64,000 nt of DNA from NCBI GenBank assembly GCA_964512315.1, contig CAZEIK010000004.1, positions 8,198 through 72,197 on the forward strand, written 5' to 3'. This document shows, in pieces, positions 30,699 to 40,040 of this stretch. The notes beneath the pieces are model-generated. The model was not told the DNA's origin and searched no databases. It saw only the letters and a program-made list of their open reading frames with translations. Position 1 is the stretch's first letter. Every line of letters starts with the position of its first letter. A program made the translations under genes and the position numbers. The DNA is from an uncultured Candidatus Saccharibacteria bacterium (GTDB lineage Bacteria > Patescibacteriota > Minisyncoccia > Phycocordibacterales > UBA5272).

Positions 30699-31436
30699 CT
30701 AATTTTCTGGCTCTCTTTGTGTTATGGTTGTCTGTACAGAAAAAGGAACTATAGGTCTCGTGTTAGTCTCACCTTCTATAACTATCTGAATAAATGCTTG
30801 ACCTATGTTAGAAGAATCATCCACGTATGAGCCAGTGTTAGTAGCTGTCACTAAAAACTTTTTTACTTTTATGCTGGATGGTAATATTGTCTCATTTCTT
30901 GAATTAGAAAAATACCCTTCATTATTATAATCAATACTTCCGTTAAACCCTCCACGATTAAAAAATGTCATGTTAACATTATCTGATCCGTCAACATTAA
31001 CTAGCCCAGAGTATCTTCTTATTGTTCCATCTTGCAAGACATACCCTGCACGCCTAACTGGATTAGTGTATGTTGGGTCAGTGGTAGAGGCGTAATAAGC
31101 ACTGTACTCAGATGGAGTAAATGCTATGCCGTACTGACCCAAATCACAGTCACGAGCTTTGTTCAAGTTGGTTGGAACTGGGGAAGAAATTATAAACTCA
31201 TTTGATGGTAAACATCTATACTTAGTTCCTTGAGATATTTCACGCACCATATCGTCCAATACAAGATTAACTGCTTCATATACATTTCTACTAGCTGCCA
31301 ACCTGTCATTAGTTGCATTGGCTCCAAAAATTATAGTAGTTACAAGAAGAGCTACAAACGAGAACACGCTCACCGCTATCAACAACTCTGTCAAAGTAAA
31401 ACCTTTTATTTTCAATTTTAAAGTAAATAACTTCAT
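30699..31436 (-). CDS. Minor type IV pilin
   Basis: 245 aa. Prepilin motif KGFTLTELLIAVSVF. Confidence 0.65.
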   Translation of the reverse strand: MKLFTLKLKIKGFTLTELLIAVSVFSFVALLVTTIIFGANATNDRLAASRNVYEAVNLVLDDMVREISQGTKYRCLPSNEFIISSPVPTNLNKARDCDLGQYGIAFTPSEYSAYYASTTDPTYTNPVRRAGYVLQDGTIRRYSGLVNVDGSDNVNMTFFNRGGFNGSIDYNNEGYFSNSRNETILPSSIKVKKFLVTATNTGSYVDDSSNIGQAFIQIVIEGETNTRPIVPFSVQTTITQREPEN

Positions 31437-31440
31437 GTTA

Positions 31441-32169
31441 CTAATAAATAGGTGTGGTTGGGCAGCGTGTCTGAAGGACTCTTATCTCACCAGTAGACCT
31501 TACAACTATAGACCTTTGTTGGCTTGTAGTTGCTAGTCCTGGCTGAGTGAATTCTAAGCATACGTTGCTGTGAGGATTTTTATATTTTGTTCTGAAGTCA
31601 TTAATAAAAGTGTTACTAGTGATTCTTGCGTCAAGCTTCGGTCTATTGAATACAATCTCTACATCTTTCCAGCCACTTGCCCCACAGGCAAAACCTAAAA
31701 CTTCTCTACCTGGGTCATAAACATCGTAACTTGGATACTCTTCATATGTCTCGTAACCGTAACATATGTCAGTCAACATAATGCCATTAAGAAAAGTTTT
31801 AGATGTTGTCGCCTCAACAGACGGACCATCCCAAACATAATTAGATGTTCCTATGCCAGAAATAGTAGAAGACGAGTCAATTTTGTCTTGGAATAAATAG
31901 TAATTATAAGGTGCGTTATTGCTTAAGTACACACCGTCCCCTTTTGCAGTGCTGCCACCACGGGACGCTCCGTATATTTGTATCTCTTTTAGCTGTGCTG
32001 CGAAGTCACTAACTCCCGTACTAAAACTAACGAACTTATTAGTAGATGGATATGTTCCATACATAGTGGTAGCTAGTATTGAAATAATAGCCATCGATAT
32101 CATCATCTCAATCACAGTAAAGCCTCTATCTAAGACTAACTTTAATTTTTTATTAATAGAGAATTTCAT
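31441..32169 (-). CDS. Minor type IV pilin
   Basis: 242 aa. Prepilin motif RGFTVIEMMISMAII. Confidence 0.65.
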   Translation of the reverse strand: MKFSINKKLKLVLDRGFTVIEMMISMAIISILATTMYGTYPSTNKFVSFSTGVSDFAAQLKEIQIYGASRGGSTAKGDGVYLSNNAPYNYYLFQDKIDSSSTISGIGTSNYVWDGPSVEATTSKTFLNGIMLTDICYGYETYEEYPSYDVYDPGREVLGFACGASGWKDVEIVFNRPKLDARITSNTFINDFRTKYKNPHSNVCLEFTQPGLATTSQQRSIVVRSTGEIRVLQTRCPTTPIY

Positions 32170-32932
32170 ACAAATTGAGTATATCAGTTTGAGTGTACCA
32201 CACTAACAAGCTCGCAATGATAATAAACGGTGTAAAAGGTATCTCTGACTTCATGCCGTACTTGTTGCTGTGGAATATCATCAGAAGTATCGCTACAAAT
32301 GCCCCAAGCCACACAGAATACAAGAACATAGTTAAGCCAAATGGTAAGCCAAGTATGAATCCATAAGCCGCGTAAACTAATATATCCCCCAATCCTAACC
32401 ATTTACCTTTTGAAATAACATAAAGTATTGAGAATGGCGCAGCAACAATAAATCCTGACAATATATCATAAGAACTAAACCCGTACATGTGTACTCTAAG
32501 ACCAGTAAGGATAATACCTAAGACACCCAGAATTGAAACTATCTCAACCGGAACAATTGTATGCCTTATATCGTAGATAACTATGACAACGGACATACAT
32601 ATAACAAAAGATGCTACTAAAAATATAATTAATTGTGTATTAAATGCATAAGGTAAAGATAATGATGTAACTAAAGCGAGAGCAACAAGGATTCCTGTTG
32701 CAATCTCAGACAATAGATACATTGGTGAGAGCTTTGAACCACACTTCTTACACCTACCCCTCTGAATTAAATATGACAATATGGGAAAAAGCTCCCCCGG
32801 GTAGAGCTTTTTTCCGCATGACATACATTCACTTCTCCCTGTCCATACGGATTTGATCCGTAACCTGTCAGCTACTAGGTTCGCGAAACTTCCTAATGCT
32901 GCTCCAAAGATGAAAGCAAATAATATATTCAC
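32153..32932 (-). CDS. pilD: Prepilin peptidase (A24 family)
   Basis: 259 aa. N-terminal zinc-binding CMSCGKKL…CKKCGSKL, then polytopic membrane segments. Confidence 0.85.
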   Translation of the reverse strand: MNILFAFIFGAALGSFANLVADRLRIKSVWTGRSECMSCGKKLYPGELFPILSYLIQRGRCKKCGSKLSPMYLLSEIATGILVALALVTSLSLPYAFNTQLIIFLVASFVICMSVVIVIYDIRHTIVPVEIVSILGVLGIILTGLRVHMYGFSSYDILSGFIVAAPFSILYVISKGKWLGLGDILVYAAYGFILGLPFGLTMFLYSVWLGAFVAILLMIFHSNKYGMKSEIPFTPFIIIASLLVWYTQTDILNLYEILY

Positions 32933-32939
32933 GTAATTA

Positions 32940-33557
32940 TTATGGTGTTATATCGAAGATACATGTACCAAATGCTCCTGTACATGTTTCATTCGTACCA
33001 ACTGGAAGACTTGTAGTACCAGAAACTGTATACCCTGACACAACAAATGGTGTCGTTCCTAGTATTGTCTGTGCTGTAGTTGGCGTGATGTCTATATCAG
33101 CAGAAAGAGCTGAGTTAGACTGCTCAAGATTTGTCCACAATGCATAGCTTTGACAAAGTCCACCACTTGATGGCATTTGACAACCTAGGCCAACATAGTT
33201 ATATGTACTAGATCCAGTGGAAAGCGAGTTCATGAATACTCCAGCTGGTAAACGAGTATCTATACCTGACAACAATATTGCACAGAAAGAAGTTGTCGAG
33301 TAGGTTGGAGCTGTACATCCTGATGCAGATGTCGGCATAGTACCAGTTGCTGGATACAAACCATTATTATTCTGTGCCCACTGCAACAATTCTTTTTGTA
33401 ACCCGTTCAACTCTGCTACTTTTCTTCCATCTCTAGAACGAGCAAGTGCTGTTGTAAAGCTTGGAATTATAATAACAGATAGAACGCCAATAATAGCAAT
33501 CACTACGATAAGCTCAAGAAGTGTGAAGCCACGTAATGAAGTTTTGTTTTTAATCAT
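32940..33557 (-). CDS. Major type IV pilin (paralog 1)
   Basis: 205 aa. RGFTLLELIVVIAIIGVLSVIIIPSF class III signal. C-terminal Cys pair. Confidence 0.8.
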   Translation of the reverse strand: MIKNKTSLRGFTLLELIVVIAIIGVLSVIIIPSFTTALARSRDGRKVAELNGLQKELLQWAQNNNGLYPATGTMPTSASGCTAPTYSTTSFCAILLSGIDTRLPAGVFMNSLSTGSSTYNYVGLGCQMPSSGGLCQSYALWTNLEQSNSALSADIDITPTTAQTILGTTPFVVSGYTVSGTTSLPVGTNETCTGAFGTCIFDITP

Positions 33558-33663
33558 ACTTTTAATTATAAATTTATAATCTTTCGATTACTAATAACAA
33601 GTATACTCACAAAATAAAAAAATTAATTAACTGTTATACACACATATACACACAAAATTTATT

Positions 33664-34260
33664 TTATGGGGCTAAGTTAAAAATACAAGTATTAGTTACG
33701 CCAGTACATGTCTCTATGTCACCATTAGCCATGTTAGCAGTAACTGGGAGTATCATACCTGCTGCTGACCAGTCGACTCCACGCCAAGAAGTTGTCGCAG
33801 TACCTGATGCGTCACTGTCTGAAGAGAGCGCCGAATTACTTTTCTCCAAATCAACCCACAACTGATAAGACTGACACAGCCCACCAGAAAAACATGCAAC
33901 ACCCACATAGTTGTAAAGAGGCCCCGTCCCTCCAGATGCTGTTCCATTAAATGCGCCGTCTGGTAACTTGCTCACTATGTTTGAACTTACTAACGCACAG
34001 AGAGATGTTGAAGTCGAGCAGCCCGCAGACTTAGTTGGAACTGTACCAGTTGCTGGATAGCGACCGTTATTATTCTGCGCCCACTGAGAAAGTCCTTTAT
34101 GTAGACCAGTAAGTTCGGCAATTTTTCTTCCATCTCTAGAACGAGCAAGTGCTGTTGCAAAACTTGGAATTATGATAACAGATAGAACACCGATAATAGC
34201 AATCACTACGATGAGCTCGAGGAGTGTGAAGCCTTTTGATTTTACTTTTTTATTATTCAT
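33664..34260 (-). CDS. Major type IV pilin (paralog 2; tandem duplicate)
   Basis: 198 aa. Identical N-terminal 25 aa. About 90% nucleotide identity to paralog 1 over the first ~200 nt, with a divergent C-terminus. Confidence 0.8.
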   Translation of the reverse strand: MNNKKVKSKGFTLLELIVVIAIIGVLSVIIIPSFATALARSRDGRKIAELTGLHKGLSQWAQNNNGRYPATGTVPTKSAGCSTSTSLCALVSSNIVSKLPDGAFNGTASGGTGPLYNYVGVACFSGGLCQSYQLWVDLEKSNSALSSDSDASGTATTSWRGVDWSAAGMILPVTANMANGDIETCTGVTNTCIFNLAP

Positions 34261-34338
34261 AGAAAAAATATATGGCTTTTAGATACGATTAATTATAATC
34301 CTCAAAAGTTTTTATATTTAAAACTTATCCACAAAAAA

Positions 34339-35547
34339 TTATTGTATAGATGTAGTTAAGTTGTACATCGGCATCAATACTGAAGCAACAAGAACTCCTA
34401 CACCCAATCCCATTACCACAATCATCACCGGCTCAAGTAACGCCAAGGTGCTCTCTATTGTCTGCTCCAACTCTCTCTTATAGAATTGTGACAGATTTTT
34501 AAGCATGTAGCCTAGCTCACCCGTCTCTTCTCCTATGCGTGTCATCTGAACCATAACTGTTGGTATTAGAGGCTCTTCACTGAATGCAGCAGATAATAAT
34601 TTACCTTGTCTTACTTTACTCTCGACTCTTTCTAGCATTTTTCTAAATACATAATTATCTACAACTTCACTTGTAATCTGTAACGCTTGGACTATAGGTA
34701 CACCTGAGGCGAGCATTGTCTCAATGTTATCCGCCATACGAGAAAGGTATAACTTTTTATACAGCTGATTCAAAGCTGGCACTCTAAGTTTGAAGTTGTC
34801 GAAATATGCTTGACCGTTAGGTGTCTTAATATAAGTCACTAAGTAGTAACCAAGTAACGCCAAGCCTGGTAATATCATCCACCAGTAACCCAAAACGAAA
34901 TGACTAAAATCAACTATGAATTGTGTGTAAGTTGGCAATGTCTGACCTTGCTGAGTTAACAGTTCAGCTAATTTTGGTAATACAAAAATAGACATTATTA
35001 ACATTACTACTATAAAAGTAAAAATAACAAATGTTGGATACGTTAAAGCTTTCTTTGTCTTTTGAATAAGCTGGTAGTTACGATCTAAATAATCAGCTAG
35101 GTATTCTAATACTTCACGCAACTTACCAGACTCTTCTCCGGCATGCACCATCGATACATAAAAATTATTAAATATGTCAGGATGTCTTGCTAAAGCTTTA
35201 TACACTGGTATACCAGACTGTATATCGTCAGCAATAATTGTAAACCTTTTGCCTAGGGCCTTAGAAGGGCTCTCTGAAGCCATCAACCTGAAAGTTCTTA
35301 AAGCTTGTATTCCACCTGATATAAGTGTAGCTAACTGCTTTGAAGCTATTACAACATCTTTCTCAGTTATTCTCTCTGTTAATTTTTCTAACCAGGTAGA
35401 AGAAAATTCTGATTGAGACTCCTCAACTGAAACTATAATATTACCTTCACCTTGAAGTTTGGAAATAAGATCATCTTTAGAAGCGCTATCCATCACGCCT
35501 TCTATCATCTGAGAATTACTATTAAAGACTTTGTATTTAAACTTCAT
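34339..35547 (-). CDS. pilC: Type IV pilus assembly platform protein (GspF family)
   Basis: 402 aa. Duplicated GspF domains with 3 TM segments. Confidence 0.85.
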   Translation of the reverse strand: MKFKYKVFNSNSQMIEGVMDSASKDDLISKLQGEGNIIVSVEESQSEFSSTWLEKLTERITEKDVVIASKQLATLISGGIQALRTFRLMASESPSKALGKRFTIIADDIQSGIPVYKALARHPDIFNNFYVSMVHAGEESGKLREVLEYLADYLDRNYQLIQKTKKALTYPTFVIFTFIVVMLIMSIFVLPKLAELLTQQGQTLPTYTQFIVDFSHFVLGYWWMILPGLALLGYYLVTYIKTPNGQAYFDNFKLRVPALNQLYKKLYLSRMADNIETMLASGVPIVQALQITSEVVDNYVFRKMLERVESKVRQGKLLSAAFSEEPLIPTVMVQMTRIGEETGELGYMLKNLSQFYKRELEQTIESTLALLEPVMIVVMGLGVGVLVASVLMPMYNLTTSIQ

Positions 35548-35548
35548 G

Positions 35549-36607
35549 TTATATCATCTCTCCAAAAACTTTTGGATTTTTAGCTAATCTCATAGCAGAC
35601 TCTAATGTTATGTCGCCTCTTCTGACCAGATCAGAAAGACATGTATCAAAATTAATCATGCCATTTTCTGAGCCAGTCTCTATAACTGTATCTATTTCGA
35701 AAGTTCTCTTCTCTCTTATTAGGTTCTGTACTGCAGGTGTGGCAACTAGTAGCTCATAAGCCGGAACAAGGCCTCCACCTATTTTAGGTATCAAGCGTTG
35801 TGAGAATATACCCAGGAGAGATGCCGCAAGTTGACTTCTAATCTGACCCTGTTGCTCCGCTGGGAAGCTGTCGATAATACGATCAATTGTCTGGCTTGCT
35901 GAGTTAGTGTGCAAAGTTGAGAATACCAAGTGTCCAGTCTCAGCAGCAGTCACTGCCGCTCTCATTGTTTCTGTGTTACGCATTTCACCAATTAATAACA
36001 CGTCCAAGTCTTGTCTAAATGCAGCATGTAGGCCTGACTCAAAATCTATCGCATCGAAACCAACTTCACGTTGCATAATGTAACTATTCTTAGATTCATA
36101 TATATATTCTATCGGGTCTTCTATTGTTACAATCATTTTTCTGTCTTTCTGATTAATGTCATCAATCATTGCAGCAAGAGTTGTCGTCTTACCTTGACCT
36201 ACAGGACCTACAACTAAAAAGAAACCTTGCTTTCTGTGCGCAAAATTAAGTAACACCTCTGGCAAGTTAAGCTCTGGCAATGACTTAATTTTTGTTATAA
36301 GTCTCATCACTACCGCAATACTACCCTTCTGGAAAAAAGCATTACCACGAAGGCGGTACTCGCCACGATGAGTGTAAGCAAAGTCTAACTGTTGATTATG
36401 AATCAAAAGTTCATACTGTGTGTCATTAATCATCTCACGCAAGCAGCCAAGTGTGTCAGTCGGATCTAGAACTTTCAATTTTGTAAGAGGCAACACTTCA
36501 CCGTGCACCCTAATAGCTGGATATACACCACTCATAAGGTGTATATCTGAGCCAGATTCTTTGACTAGGGTCATTATTATAGTATCGAGTAATTGAGCGC
36601 TATCCAT
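35549..36607 (-). CDS. pilT: Twitching-motility (retraction) ATPase
   Basis: 352 aa. Walker A GPVGQGKTTT, Asp box, His box (TLHT). Confidence 0.85.
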   Translation of the reverse strand: MDSAQLLDTIIMTLVKESGSDIHLMSGVYPAIRVHGEVLPLTKLKVLDPTDTLGCLREMINDTQYELLIHNQQLDFAYTHRGEYRLRGNAFFQKGSIAVVMRLITKIKSLPELNLPEVLLNFAHRKQGFFLVVGPVGQGKTTTLAAMIDDINQKDRKMIVTIEDPIEYIYESKNSYIMQREVGFDAIDFESGLHAAFRQDLDVLLIGEMRNTETMRAAVTAAETGHLVFSTLHTNSASQTIDRIIDSFPAEQQGQIRSQLAASLLGIFSQRLIPKIGGGLVPAYELLVATPAVQNLIREKRTFEIDTVIETGSENGMINFDTCLSDLVRRGDITLESAMRLAKNPKVFGEMI

Positions 36608-36634
36608 TCAAAGAGTATATAACGCCCTAGGCAG

Positions 36635-38389
36635 TTAAAGTGAAGTGATTTCCACAAATGGAATCTTACCGTCCATACACTTCAGAACAGCATCTTGCTG
36701 TATAGAGACAGCTCCACGATTCGCAGCCAAGGCCCAGATCTCTTCGTCAGTCTTTCCATCCAGAATAGCCCTCTGGACATCGTCTTCTATATAGAGAGTC
36801 TCCACAACCGGCATGCGCCCTTTAAGACCCGTTGGACTCATCGGTGAAGGTATCGCTTCATGTAAAGGTCTGTCTAAATTCAAATCTTTTTTAAACTGTT
36901 CTGGATAATCTTTAAAGATCTCATCTACTAATGCCTTCTTTCCAGAGTCCATTTCAATAGGACTCTCAGAAGAGGGGCTTATCTTTCTAACCAGACGCTG
37001 AGCTACCGCAAGACACAATGTTGGCGATATAAGATAAGGGTCAACACCCATATCTTTTAAACGAGACACTACACCAGACGCATTGTTAGTGTGTATAGTA
37101 GAAAATACCAAGTGCCCCGTAAGCGCGGCCTGTATTGCAAGTTGAGCTGTCTCGGCGTCACGAATCTCTCCAACCATTATAACGTCTGGGTCCTGACGCA
37201 ATATAGAGCGAAGACCTGTTGCAAAAGTGTAACCTATCTCAGGAAAGATTTGGGATTGGGTCACATCACCAAGATTATACTCAACTGGATCTTCTAGAGA
37301 CACAACATTTCTAGTCTTTCTATCCAGCTCATTAAGCATCGAGTATAGCGTCGTTGTTTTACCTGATCCTGTTGGTCCTGAGATTAGTATCATTCCATAA
37401 GGTCTCTCTAGTGCGCGGCGTATGTCTTTGAGATGAGCCTCAGAGAAACCTATTTCATTAAGTGGCTTGACCCCTCTAAAGCTGTCCAAAATACGTATCA
37501 CCACCTTCTCACCATAATATGCCGGCATAACCGATACGCGGAAGTCGACTTTGTGGCTGTCCAACTTAGTAGAAAAACGTCCGTCTTGTGGCTTACGTTT
37601 CTCATCTAATCTCATATTGGCAAGAATTTTAAACCTAGCGACTATGGTCTGCTCTACATATGCCGGGAAACTTATAACCTCTTGCAACTCTCCGTCTATA
37701 CGCATACGCACACGAAGTGTGGATTCTCCTGGTTCAACGTGAATATCAGAAGCAGACTCGTCTATTGCATGCCTTATGAGAGTGTTAACTATTACTCCCA
37801 CTGACTCGTTCTTTAGTTCCGGCGTAATCTCTCCAGATACAGATGTTAAGTCTAGATGCTCCTCTTCATCCGCTGGACCATCAGAATCTTTTGTAACCTG
37901 CTCCAACAAGAGACTTGGCGCCTTCAGATTAATAGACTGATCTCCGACTTGAACCTTTTGAGAATCAATATAACTCTCAAGACCTTTTTGATACTGCTCA
38001 TAACTAATAACAACTAATCTATATCTTATATTTTTTGTCGTAAAAGTATTCTGCAATATATCTAACGCGTCAGGCATCTCAGGGTCAACTATACCGACTA
38101 AAATATGATCTCTTTTTTGAACTGTCTCTATGGGGATTGAATGAGTACGCCTAACTATCTCTTCAGGCAATAATGCTGCAGCTTCTGGGTCTACAAAAAT
38201 ATCTTTCTCATAAGTAGACAACCCATACATCTCAGCTCTTTTGGCTCGCAAAATATTCTGATCGACACCACGCAACGCTAAGGCCTCGTCTATTGTAGAA
38301 GTCTCACCATTAGTAAAAGACAGCTCCGCATCACGAGCAACCAAATCATTAATTATTCCAGCTCGTACTAATTCATTAATGATCAGCAT
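36635..38389 (-). CDS. pilB: Type IV pilus assembly (extension) ATPase, GspE family
   Basis: 584 aa. Walker A GPTGSGKTTTLYS and GspE N-terminal domains. Confidence 0.88.
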   Translation of the reverse strand: MLIINELVRAGIINDLVARDAELSFTNGETSTIDEALALRGVDQNILRAKRAEMYGLSTYEKDIFVDPEAAALLPEEIVRRTHSIPIETVQKRDHILVGIVDPEMPDALDILQNTFTTKNIRYRLVVISYEQYQKGLESYIDSQKVQVGDQSINLKAPSLLLEQVTKDSDGPADEEEHLDLTSVSGEITPELKNESVGVIVNTLIRHAIDESASDIHVEPGESTLRVRMRIDGELQEVISFPAYVEQTIVARFKILANMRLDEKRKPQDGRFSTKLDSHKVDFRVSVMPAYYGEKVVIRILDSFRGVKPLNEIGFSEAHLKDIRRALERPYGMILISGPTGSGKTTTLYSMLNELDRKTRNVVSLEDPVEYNLGDVTQSQIFPEIGYTFATGLRSILRQDPDVIMVGEIRDAETAQLAIQAALTGHLVFSTIHTNNASGVVSRLKDMGVDPYLISPTLCLAVAQRLVRKISPSSESPIEMDSGKKALVDEIFKDYPEQFKKDLNLDRPLHEAIPSPMSPTGLKGRMPVVETLYIEDDVQRAILDGKTDEEIWALAANRGAVSIQQDAVLKCMDGKIPFVEITSL

Positions 38390-38401
38390 ATATTCAGTTT
38401 A

Positions 38402-38728
38402 CTACGGAGCAAAAGGATTTTCTCTTCTTGAATCCCCTACAGGGCAAACATCGTTAGTGCCACAAACTATAACCTTAGTAGAAGACATACTTCTTATATT
38501 CTTTATAAAGTTCTCTATATCTACACCAGAGAATGAAATATTATTATCTTTAAACTGAGTAACTGTTCCAAAAAACGTCCCTTGCAAAGCAGCCGGCTTA
38601 ACTGGTGTATCGTCATTATATTGAACATACACAGCATAACCAATCAAAGTCAAAACTATTATTAATACACCTCCAGATATAACAAGTCTTACATTATTTA
38701 AAAAATTTAAATTTAAATTATTGTTCAT
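38402..38728 (-). CDS. Small membrane-anchored hypothetical protein inside the pil operon
   Basis: 108 aa. N-terminal TM segment (LVISGGVLIIVLTLIGYAVYV). Sits between pilO and pilB. Confidence 0.4.
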   Translation of the reverse strand: MNNNLNLNFLNNVRLVISGGVLIIVLTLIGYAVYVQYNDDTPVKPAALQGTFFGTVTQFKDNNISFSGVDIENFIKNIRSMSSTKVIVCGTNDVCPVGDSRRENPFAP

Positions 38729-38730
38729 AG

Positions 38731-39309
38731 TTAATTCTTATATTCATAAGCGTCAAAGACTACATTAAACTTCTGTCCTTTTTCATCTTGATTTGTGGTG
38801 TCAGAGCTTTCTTTTGAAGTAAAAGACATAGAACTAATCCTGTATAATTGTAAGCTGGTCTCTAAGGACTTCAAGAAAGATTTAAATTTTACATAATCAC
38901 CCGATAAGCTTAAGTTAATTTTGTAAGCGCTAAGTTGAGACAGATTATCTGGCGAAGGGTATTTAGAATAAGTTATATCATCGAGAGATATCCCTGACTT
39001 TGCGGCCATTACAGATATATTGTTGAACAGTCTTGGTATATCTACAGAGGTTGGTATCATCTGCTCAATCTGGCTTTTTGTTTCATTGCTTATATTAGAA
39101 AAGTTCTCATTTTCAAACCCCGCTCTCTTTTGTAAGTCTTTAGCAAGAGAAAGTTCTTGCTGTTTCTGATCTAACTCTTTTTTGATTTGTAATACAGAAT
39201 CAACTCCTAATACATTTTCTCCTTTTCCAGCGTATAGAGGGAAAGCTAGGAACCATAAAATAAGTCCTCCAGCTAAAAATAATCCTAAATTTATATATGT
39301 TTTGTTCAT
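38731..39309 (-). CDS. pilO: PilO-like pilus assembly protein
   Basis: 192 aa. TM segment, then coiled coil, then an alpha/beta domain. Position matches a pilMNO operon. Confidence 0.55.
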   Translation of the reverse strand: MNKTYINLGLFLAGGLILWFLAFPLYAGKGENVLGVDSVLQIKKELDQKQQELSLAKDLQKRAGFENENFSNISNETKSQIEQMIPTSVDIPRLFNNISVMAAKSGISLDDITYSKYPSPDNLSQLSAYKINLSLSGDYVKFKSFLKSLETSLQLYRISSMSFTSKESSDTTNQDEKGQKFNVVFDAYEYKN

Positions 39310-40037
39310 AGATCTATTGAGGTTGTTGCACTGCTTTTAGTTGTACTAGTTGGCGTTGTACCGACTTTTGGTTGTGTTACAGTGTTGTTGTTTGTTGTAT
39401 TACTTGGCTGATTAGTGTTAACAATATTAGAAGTATCAACAACACCAGAAGATCTAAAGCTTGGAGTAAACTCATCCTCTTTTAGGCTGCCTGCCACGTC
39501 TATCTGTATGTCGAACATTTTATTTCCAAAAGAATCCTTGCCCAGCGAGGTCATCTGAACTGATTTAAACAATTTACCGTACTCAGTATTCTTAAGCTCA
39601 TCCATTTGCTTTGCAACTGAAGCATAATCTTGAGCAATAGCAGAGAGCGATAATCTGTGACCAACCCCTGGCTGATAGCTAAGATTGAAACTACTATAAT
39701 AAACTCCCTTTTCAACGCTATCACTGAGAGCTGAGAGTATCGTTGTTGGGTATGTGTGATTCTTCAAGAGCTTCTCTATTAATAGAACCTTATTACCAAA
39801 AGTAAGCATGTCGTTAAGCGGGTAGCCTTCTAGACTTTTTTCTATATTCATCACCTCACCTGACATCTGTGTAATTTGAGACTTCAAATATATACCATAA
39901 CCATAAGCAAGAAGGCTGCAGAATATAGACACACCAACAAAAACACAACCTAATATGAAAAATGGGTCTGTCGGCTTAGCTTCTGCTACAGGTGAAGCTG
40001 GCTTAGCTACAAATGTTGTTGTTCTTAGTGGTGGCAT
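39306..40037 (-). CDS. pilN: PilN-like pilus assembly protein with a Thr/Asn-rich C-terminal tail
   Basis: 243 aa. Short cytoplasmic N-terminus, one TM segment, periplasmic domain, low-complexity NTNQPSNTTNNNTVTQPKVGTTPTSTTKSSATT tail. Confidence 0.55.
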   Translation of the reverse strand: MPPLRTTTFVAKPASPVAEAKPTDPFFILGCVFVGVSIFCSLLAYGYGIYLKSQITQMSGEVMNIEKSLEGYPLNDMLTFGNKVLLIEKLLKNHTYPTTILSALSDSVEKGVYYSSFNLSYQPGVGHRLSLSAIAQDYASVAKQMDELKNTEYGKLFKSVQMTSLGKDSFGNKMFDIQIDVAGSLKEDEFTPSFRSSGVVDTSNIVNTNQPSNTTNNNTVTQPKVGTTPTSTTKSSATTSIDL

Positions 40038-40040
40038 AAA

